This document shows positions 23,930 through 29,630 of a DNA stretch of 29,630 nucleotides, one piece after another. The translations under genes were made by a program, and so were the position numbers. The first letter of the stretch is position 1. Every line of letters starts with the position of its first letter. Location of the stretch: positions 1 through 29,630 of the forward strand of contig DAOVER010000037.1 in assembly GCA_030668875.1 (NCBI GenBank), written 5' to 3'. Under the pieces are notes generated by a model, which was not told where the DNA came from, ran no database searches, and saw only the letters and a program-made list of their open reading frames with translations. Source of the DNA: Candidatus Heimdallarchaeota archaeon. GTDB lineage: Archaea > Asgardarchaeota > Heimdallarchaeia > Heimdallarchaeales > Heimdallarchaeaceae.

Positions 23930-25300
23930 TTAAGTGGGTATATGCTGAAATGATTGAACTTCTAAACCTATATCTCCTATTTTCTTTTTTGCGTAATCGA
24001 CTTCGTGAGCATATTGCTGCTCTCCCCCAGTAAAGATTCCATGAACACCACCGTGATATATATCCTTAACAACTAAAAAGCCCATTCCGCACCCTAGTTT
24101 TTTGTTGTCACAGTAGGTAACGTAAAGATTTTCTTTATTCAAATCAAAATCCAAGTTAAGTTTAGCTATAACTTTATCTGGAAGTTGATGGCTAACTATT
24201 GAATTTGAGCAAAATGGACATTTTGTTGAAAAGAATTTCTTCATACGTTTTTTTGCTTCTCCGAAAATACCCGAGAACCAATAACCTGATGATACCCGTA
24301 AAAGAGAAGCTATTTCCATACTCGGAATCGTGCTCAACTGGTGAAGAGATGCTATTTCCGCAGGTTTAGCTACCTCAAGAAGTTGTTTGAAACCTTTAAT
24401 TGTAGTCTTAATCACTACAGGATTATCAAAATTTTTCTCTACAAATTCATTATCCTTAGGTAAATAAGGTTGAAGAAAACCCTCTTTTGGTTCTTTTGTA
24501 ATAATATTGAAAAACATTGCATTTGCAGTTGATGGAAATTTCTTTGTTTTAGTTCCAAAATAGTAAACTGCAAAATCCATCAATTTTGGATGTAGTGTTT
24601 CGTCAGGCTCATCAACCATAAAAATCATCATTTGATCGTTGTTTGTCAAAGTTAAAACCAATGGAGGAAGAGTGGGTTTGGAAAGATATACAGATTTTAT
24701 AACACCAATTCGTCTAGATGCAAAAATCTCTTCAAGGTTCATAACAGCTGTTTTAATATTCTCAGGACCTTCATATTCTATGGGTTTAGAAACTTCATAT
24801 CCTTGAGTTTTGAGAGATTCCTTAAAATCCATATTCCAAAATTCTTTAATCCAATCCCAAGGTAAGTAAACCACATTTTTCTTTTTATACCATTCTTTTG
24901 ATTCTCTAGCATCACCATCGAAGAAATAATATAATGGATGAGCCCGAGATGATTTTTCCACTATGATAATAGGTACAGCGGTCTTGCCTTCAAATTTCTC
25001 GCAATAAATTGGGTCTATTCCAGAGTTAAGAGAGAGCACGCAACTCAATAGCTTAAGAGCAGGTTCTTGAAGCTTCAATTCTATTTGATCGTCTGATCCT
25101 CTGAAAGGATCACTAATATCTCCACTACGTGCCCTGATACATAATAGGAGATCGTCTTTGTAGGCACAGATTATGATTCTTTTGTAACTTTGATAGAAAT
25201 CAACACCTCGTGTATAGATATTGCAAAGTTCAACTGTGAACCCTTGATCTTGTAGATAAGCCTCTACTAGTTTCATAAAATTGGTCTTAAACAAACTCAT
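23930..25300 (-). CDS. Hypothetical protein, possible inactive PD-(D/E)xK-like domains plus C-terminal Zn-binding motif
   Basis: 456-aa ORF. N-terminal LVEAYLQDQGFTV and ICAYKDDLLLCIRAR recall an Hjc-like core; C-terminal CPFC...CDNKKLGC. Confidence 0.55.
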   Translation of the reverse strand: MSLFKTNFMKLVEAYLQDQGFTVELCNIYTRGVDFYQSYKRIIICAYKDDLLLCIRARSGDISDPFRGSDDQIELKLQEPALKLLSCVLSLNSGIDPIYCEKFEGKTAVPIIIVEKSSRAHPLYYFFDGDARESKEWYKKKNVVYLPWDWIKEFWNMDFKESLKTQGYEVSKPIEYEGPENIKTAVMNLEEIFASRRIGVIKSVYLSKPTLPPLVLTLTNNDQMMIFMVDEPDETLHPKLMDFAVYYFGTKTKKFPSTANAMFFNIITKEPKEGFLQPYLPKDNEFVEKNFDNPVVIKTTIKGFKQLLEVAKPAEIASLHQLSTIPSMEIASLLRVSSGYWFSGIFGEAKKRMKKFFSTKCPFCSNSIVSHQLPDKVIAKLNLDFDLNKENLYVTYCDNKKLGCGMGFLVVKDIYHGGVHGIFTGGEQQYAHEVDYAKKKIGDIGLEVQSFQHIPT

Positions 25301-25429
25301 TATCCAACATCCACATTAATTAATGATAAATTTTCTTATCGTAAAGATATATTTTGCAATATAAATTACCTTCAATATATGATTCTGAAATTCACTTAAA
25401 AAATAGAAGAATTTTCCGATAAAAAATCA

Positions 25430-25921
25430 TCACTCCAATGATAACAGAAGGATAAGATTTTGAACAATTTCTATAGTATTCGACTCTTCTTCCTTTACAT
25501 CAAAGTCTATAAACGTGCACACAGTATCTGGGTGAATTATTGCAATGAATCCCTCATCTGATTTTCTTACTGCAAATGGATATAATTGACATGCTAGAGG
25601 TTTGAATGAATGGATTTTACATAAGAGATTTTCATCTAGAAATGCACATTCTTTTACAAAGGGTTTTTTTCTGAGGACATATGCCTTGATGAAACCTCCC
25701 TTGACATTAGTACTAGGGATTAGTACAGGACTTAAAGATTCTAAAGATTGATCTACCTCAATTCCATTATCCAACAACCTTTGGACATCTTTCTCAGTTA
25801 CTGGAATATTATTCAAACGGCAACAATCTGCACATCCTGTGCATTTAAAATGGATATGTTTGAGAATAGTGATATCACCATCTTCATTTACTTTTGCAAT
25901 TGGCATACCACTATATTCCAT
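25430..25921 (-). CDS. YkgJ/UPF0153-family cysteine-cluster (Zn or Fe-S) protein
   Basis: FKCTGCADCC...CAFL...CKIHSFKPLACQLYPF eight-cysteine pattern. Confidence 0.88.
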   Translation of the reverse strand: MEYSGMPIAKVNEDGDITILKHIHFKCTGCADCCRLNNIPVTEKDVQRLLDNGIEVDQSLESLSPVLIPSTNVKGGFIKAYVLRKKPFVKECAFLDENLLCKIHSFKPLACQLYPFAVRKSDEGFIAIIHPDTVCTFIDFDVKEEESNTIEIVQNLILLLSLE

Positions 25922-26258
25922 TTTGATTCAAGCAAAGAAAAAAAATTGGTAATAAAAAGATTGTTAATTGATATTTTAGTGAAAAATATGATTTTTTTCT
26001 CTGTCTGTTTAGTTTACAAGAGGTTTCAAAGTAATGTTTGATCTTTTTTCATTACTCATGGGCTTCTATGGGGTTCGGGTCGATTTTCTTAATGATAGGA
26101 TTATCTATCAGCACAATGGTTGGATTCATTAATGCAAGAAAAACTATAATTACATAAGGCATAGAATCTTGTGTATATCATACTGTAGAGGAGAAAAATA
26201 ATCGCCTACTTTTTCTTATCTTCAATAAATTTATATTAAGAACTTATTTAGTTAGAAC

Positions 26259-26915
26259 ATGAATGAAGAAGATAGGGAATTTACTTTTGCTTCTTTCTGG
26301 AGAACAAATCTTCCTACTAGAAATATTTTCTTCACAATCTTAATAGTTTATATTATATTATCTATTTTAACGATAATTTTCAATCCAATCTACGATTTAA
26401 TTAGTTTGATTACTATCTCTGAAGATTTATTAGCTACAATTGGACAGCATAATTTGAGGGTTTATGAAGGACACGTATATCAGTTGTTTACCTCTATTTT
26501 TGTTCATTCAAATCTGATACATTTCCTCTCCAATAGCTTATTTCTTTTCATTTATGGATTAAGAGCTGAGGAAAAATTCTTCTCATGGCAATATTATTTA
26601 ATTTTTATTATATCTGGATTGCTTGGGAGTATTTTAAGTCTATTTGCGTTTAGTTTGGCTACAATTAGTGTTGGTGCTAGCGGTGGGATATTTGGTCTAC
26701 TGGGAGCTGATTTGGTTCTAGCATATCAAGAAGAGAAAAAAAGTAGTTTATGGATATACATTGGAATAGGTGCAATCTTCTTAGGATTTTCAGCAGGAAT
26801 CAATGTTAATATACTTGCTCATGCTATTGGTTTGCTTAGTGGTCTCATCATTCCTTTAATATTTAAGAGTAGAAAATTAAGTCCTTCCATAGAGAAAAAC
26901 GTGCAATTAGAATAG
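26259..26915 (+). CDS. Rhomboid-family intramembrane serine protease
   Basis: HSNLIHFLSN, GASGG (catalytic Ser), AHAIG (catalytic His), six TM segments. Confidence 0.9.
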   Translation: MNEEDREFTFASFWRTNLPTRNIFFTILIVYIILSILTIIFNPIYDLISLITISEDLLATIGQHNLRVYEGHVYQLFTSIFVHSNLIHFLSNSLFLFIYGLRAEEKFFSWQYYLIFIISGLLGSILSLFAFSLATISVGASGGIFGLLGADLVLAYQEEKKSSLWIYIGIGAIFLGFSAGINVNILAHAIGLLSGLIIPLIFKSRKLSPSIEKNVQLE

Positions 26916-26923
26916 GAAGAGGA

Positions 26924-27619
26924 TTAGGATTTTTTCTCTGAGCCAAAGTAGTCAGTTATTTTTGAATCTGAATGTCCTTTTCTTATTCTCTTAGCCGTGT
27001 CCCAAGATTCTCTTACAAATGGTGGAAATCTTTTGTACTGTGAATAATATTTTTTCAGAAAATTCTTTGTTTTTGGATCTGCTGGATATCCTGAACCTAT
27101 ATCTTCACCTACTTCTAAACTCAAAGATTTAACTGCACGATCTCTCTCGACTTTAGCAATTATAGAAGCGGCTGAGACTACTGGAAAATATTTATCTGCC
27201 TGATGTTTTGAGATAACTTTTGCTTTAGGAAACTCTTTTTCAAAAACAAGACCGAATCTTTTCTCATTTACATCTGCTGCATCAATATAAATCCCTTCGA
27301 GATCATGTTTCAATTCTTTGGTAAGTTTGAGCATAATTTGTTGTTCAATTACATTCAAAGAGATGCTTCTTCTTAACTCATCAATTTCTGCAGCAGATAG
27401 GTGTTTAACTTTAATATCTGCAGCAATGTTCTTTAACTGAGGATAGAGAGTCTCTCTTTGATTCTTAGATAATAATTTGGAATCCTTAGCTCCCATTTTC
27501 TTTAAATCTTGGTGTTTTTCATGCTCTATAACATAAGCGCAGATCACAAGTGGACCAATAACAGGACCTCGTCCAGCTTCATCTATTCCAACAATATATC
27601 TCTTTGAATCTTTTGAAAT
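26924..27619 (-). CDS. rnhB: Ribonuclease HII; start extended upstream of the track call to include the catalytic GIDEAGRG motif (probable ATT start)
   Basis: In-frame upstream translation ISKDSKRYIVGIDEAGRGPVIGPLVICAY..., then KDSKLL, IDAAD, KAD, VSAASIIAKVERD, GSGYP. Preceded by an in-frame TAG and an AGGTGA RBS. Confidence 0.92.
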   Translation of the reverse strand: MSKDSKRYIVGIDEAGRGPVIGPLVICAYVIEHEKHQDLKKMGAKDSKLLSKNQRETLYPQLKNIAADIKVKHLSAAEIDELRRSISLNVIEQQIMLKLTKELKHDLEGIYIDAADVNEKRFGLVFEKEFPKAKVISKHQADKYFPVVSAASIIAKVERDRAVKSLSLEVGEDIGSGYPADPKTKNFLKKYYSQYKRFPPFVRESWDTAKRIRKGHSDSKITDYFGSEKKS

Positions 27620-27637
27620 CTAAATCACCTTCTTGCC

Positions 27638-28819
27638 TTAATATTGTTCAATTACATTTACAATCTCATCATATGATGCATCTGTTTTTAGACCTTGAGG
27701 ATCAAATATAGTTCTAGAAACAGTAAACCCTTTCGATCTTAATGAATCTATTATTTGGTTTAGTGATACCCCTTCTTTCTTACAGAAACGGAGAATAAAT
27801 GGAATATAGTAAAAGAAAGGAGGGGAGTTTATTTCATCCAGAATTAAATTTAGTAATTTCTCAATCTTCTTCTCAAGTTGTAATGTAAACTGCTCAATAT
27901 CCTTTTTCATTTGTTCAATAAACTCTAACTCATAGAGATTCCCAAGCCACAACGGTCCTGCTTTTTCTAGTTTTTTCGAACAATTAGAACATAAAGTGCT
28001 TTCTAACTCTTTAGATAATTCTACTGTTGCTATGTAGGAACACTTCTTACAGAAGTATACATAACCCAGCTTTTTGTGCTGTTGATTAGCTACTTCCTTA
28101 CTGTCTTTTACCTTAACCTTAACTCTCAGAAAATGCTCATGATTGTAACAAAGAATTGGTTCCACTGCTAAACCTAATCTCCCAGCACTAATTATCATAT
28201 TATAGATTAAAATTCGTAAAGCAACTTCATGACATAGAAAATGTCGAGTTGGGAAAGCATTGTAGATTCTATAACATGAATCTGGGAACTTGCCACATAG
28301 TACCTGTAAATCTGTTGCCGTTGAAAAAAGGTAGCCTTCATTTATTCGTAAAGCTCGTAGTGATTCCTCTATATACTCAATTGGTGACCCAAAAGGATCT
28401 AAATCAATAATGTGAGTCGTGTCTTTATTTTTTGGCAAAGAATCAATAATGTTTATTGCATTCGAGTGTTTAATTTCCATTTTTTCATCAAAATTCAAGT
28501 TATTTGAATTCCGTGTAATGATATTAATTGCTATAGGATTAATATCTCCAACTATAACCTTTTCAACAGAATTTTGAGGTAATTCATTTATGATTCGGTA
28601 GCTACGAACACCTGTTCCCGCAAATGGATCTAGAAAGCAAATTTTTTTCATTTCTTTTTTGATGATTGAAGATATAGCTAGTATGGTGAGATCTCTATTG
28701 ATGGCCATTTTGGGATTATAGAAAACTGAAGCATCATAGATTATATCTGCATCTTTGTATATTGAAAAAGTAGTACTACCCTCTGTTACTTCTTCCCACT
28801 TATCTTCAGAGATTTCCAC
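27638..28819 (-). CDS. trm1: tRNA (guanine26-N2)-dimethyltransferase
   Basis: VFYNPKMAINRD, LDPFAGTGVRSYR, IDLDPFGSP, TATD, HEVALRIL, Zn-finger CKKC/CSNC, GPLWLG, KTDA. Confidence 0.95.
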   Translation of the reverse strand: MEISEDKWEEVTEGSTTFSIYKDADIIYDASVFYNPKMAINRDLTILAISSIIKKEMKKICFLDPFAGTGVRSYRIINELPQNSVEKVIVGDINPIAINIITRNSNNLNFDEKMEIKHSNAINIIDSLPKNKDTTHIIDLDPFGSPIEYIEESLRALRINEGYLFSTATDLQVLCGKFPDSCYRIYNAFPTRHFLCHEVALRILIYNMIISAGRLGLAVEPILCYNHEHFLRVKVKVKDSKEVANQQHKKLGYVYFCKKCSYIATVELSKELESTLCSNCSKKLEKAGPLWLGNLYELEFIEQMKKDIEQFTLQLEKKIEKLLNLILDEINSPPFFYYIPFILRFCKKEGVSLNQIIDSLRSKGFTVSRTIFDPQGLKTDASYDEIVNVIEQY

Positions 28820-28830
28820 CTTGACTACTC

Positions 28831-29442
28831 CTATTTCTCAGTTTCTGTTGAGGAATCTTTGCTAGCATTATATTTTAATCCTACTGCATAAATTTCTGCA
28901 CTTTTCTTTCTAGATGCTGCTGGTTTATACAACTTTGTTGTCTTGAAATGCTCTTTCATTTCCTTCATGAACTCTGGTAATTCAGTTCCTTGAAACAGTT
29001 TACAAATGAAAAAACCATTGACTTTGAGTAGAGATTGAGTTAATGTTAATGCTCTTCTCGCTAATGATATCTGAATAGAATGATCTCTGCTAAAATCACC
29101 TGATATGTTCGGTGAACAATCTGATATCAACCCATCAGTCTTTCCATAAGTTTCCAAGATGATGGTGGGAAGATTCCGATTTAGAATATCCTTATTCAAA
29201 ATTTCAACTTGTTTTTCTTTGAATGGTGAAATATAAGACTTGTCAATAGCAATCACTTTACCATTTCCACCAACAAGATGAGAGGCAACCTGCGACCACC
29301 CACCAGGTGATGCACCTAAATCTATTATTGTTTGACCCTTACGAAAAACTTTGAACTTATTGTTAATTTGTAATAATTTAAAAGAAGCTCTCGACCTATA
29401 TCCTTGGGATCTTGCTTGTTGGTAATAGAAATCTTCTTTCAC
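28831..29442 (-). CDS. rlmE: 23S rRNA (uridine2552-2'-O)-methyltransferase RlmE/FtsJ
   Basis: DFYYQQARSQGYRSRASFKL, IDLGASPGGWSQ, K-D-K-E tetrad (FKL, SDCSP, CKLF, SAEIY). Confidence 0.95.
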   Translation of the reverse strand: MKEDFYYQQARSQGYRSRASFKLLQINNKFKVFRKGQTIIDLGASPGGWSQVASHLVGGNGKVIAIDKSYISPFKEKQVEILNKDILNRNLPTIILETYGKTDGLISDCSPNISGDFSRDHSIQISLARRALTLTQSLLKVNGFFICKLFQGTELPEFMKEMKEHFKTTKLYKPAASRKKSAEIYAVGLKYNASKDSSTETEK

Positions 29443-29511
29443 AATATCACAATTCTCAATTTTAAGAACAATAAAAAATGATGTTGATAAAACTTGCTTA
29501 TCAAGAAAAAA

Positions 29512-29628
29512 TTACTTCATTGGAATTCGTATATTATCATCTTCATCTAAGATGTCAAATTCCACGAATCTAAACACTTGAATTTTATCTGTTCCATCTT
29601 CTTCTATTAACCATTCGTTAAATGATCT
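29512..29628 (-). CDS. C-terminal end of a gene running off the window (product unknown)
   Basis: Open frame from the edge: RSFNEWLIEEDGTDKIQVFRFVEFDILDEDDNIRIPMK-stop; co-oriented with rlmE. Confidence 0.5.
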   Translation of the reverse strand, partial: RSFNEWLIEEDGTDKIQVFRFVEFDILDEDDNIRIPMK

Positions 29629-29630
29629 GC

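Noticed and set aside
14915-26041. Short ORFs 14915..15100, 18452..18649, 19002..19250, 20473..20706, 22806..22991, 23452..23676 and 25748..26041
   Set aside because: Overlap real genes on the opposite strand; no independent support.
26038-26157. 39-codon hydrophobic plus-strand ORF (TTG start, ...MGFGSIFLMIGLSISTMVGFINARK...) upstream of the rhomboid gene
   Set aside because: Possible single-TM microprotein, but AT/T-rich intergenic DNA readily yields such frames and the RBS spacing is poor.
26924-29442. rlmE-trm1-rnhB cluster as a novel system
   Set aside because: Ordinary housekeeping RNA-modification/processing genes with intact motifs; only the rnhB start codon is notable.

Overview
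AT-rich, gene-dense archaeal chromosomal window, most likely from an Asgard archaeon (Heimdallarchaeia-like). This is an inference from gene content: archaeal HMG-CoA synthase/thiolase/DUF35 operon, Trm1, archaeal RNase HII, TIGR00288-type NYN protein, an MglA-type small GTPase, AGGTGA-type ribosome-binding sites and many GTG/TTG starts. From left to right it holds: a minus-strand ABC exporter operon (FtsX permease, ATPase, two membrane proteins, a truncated secreted peptidase); a divergent AAA+/winged-helix gene preceded by a 9-bp-period TTCGAA array; a minus-strand run of SIS isomerase, GTPase, PD-(D/E)xK nuclease, coiled-coil/wHTH and NYN genes; a translationally coupled MMPL transporter, surface protein and PIN protein; a second coiled-coil/wHTH gene; a P-loop kinase with a structured GC-rich leader; an orphan grpE; the mevalonate-entry operon; and housekeeping genes (YkgJ-family, rhomboid, rnhB, trm1, rlmE). 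No tRNA, rRNA, CRISPR array or transposase was seen. The most striking observation is that the thiolase of the HMGS-thiolase-DUF35 operon has lost all three catalytic motif residues (C>N, C>S, H>D) while its HMG-CoA synthase partner is intact. Several other genes also look like pseudoenzymes (AAA+, NYN, a nuclease-like fold), and rnhB has no ATG/GTG/TTG upstream of its catalytic motif, implying an ATT start. All family calls come from motif recognition by eye; no database searches were run.
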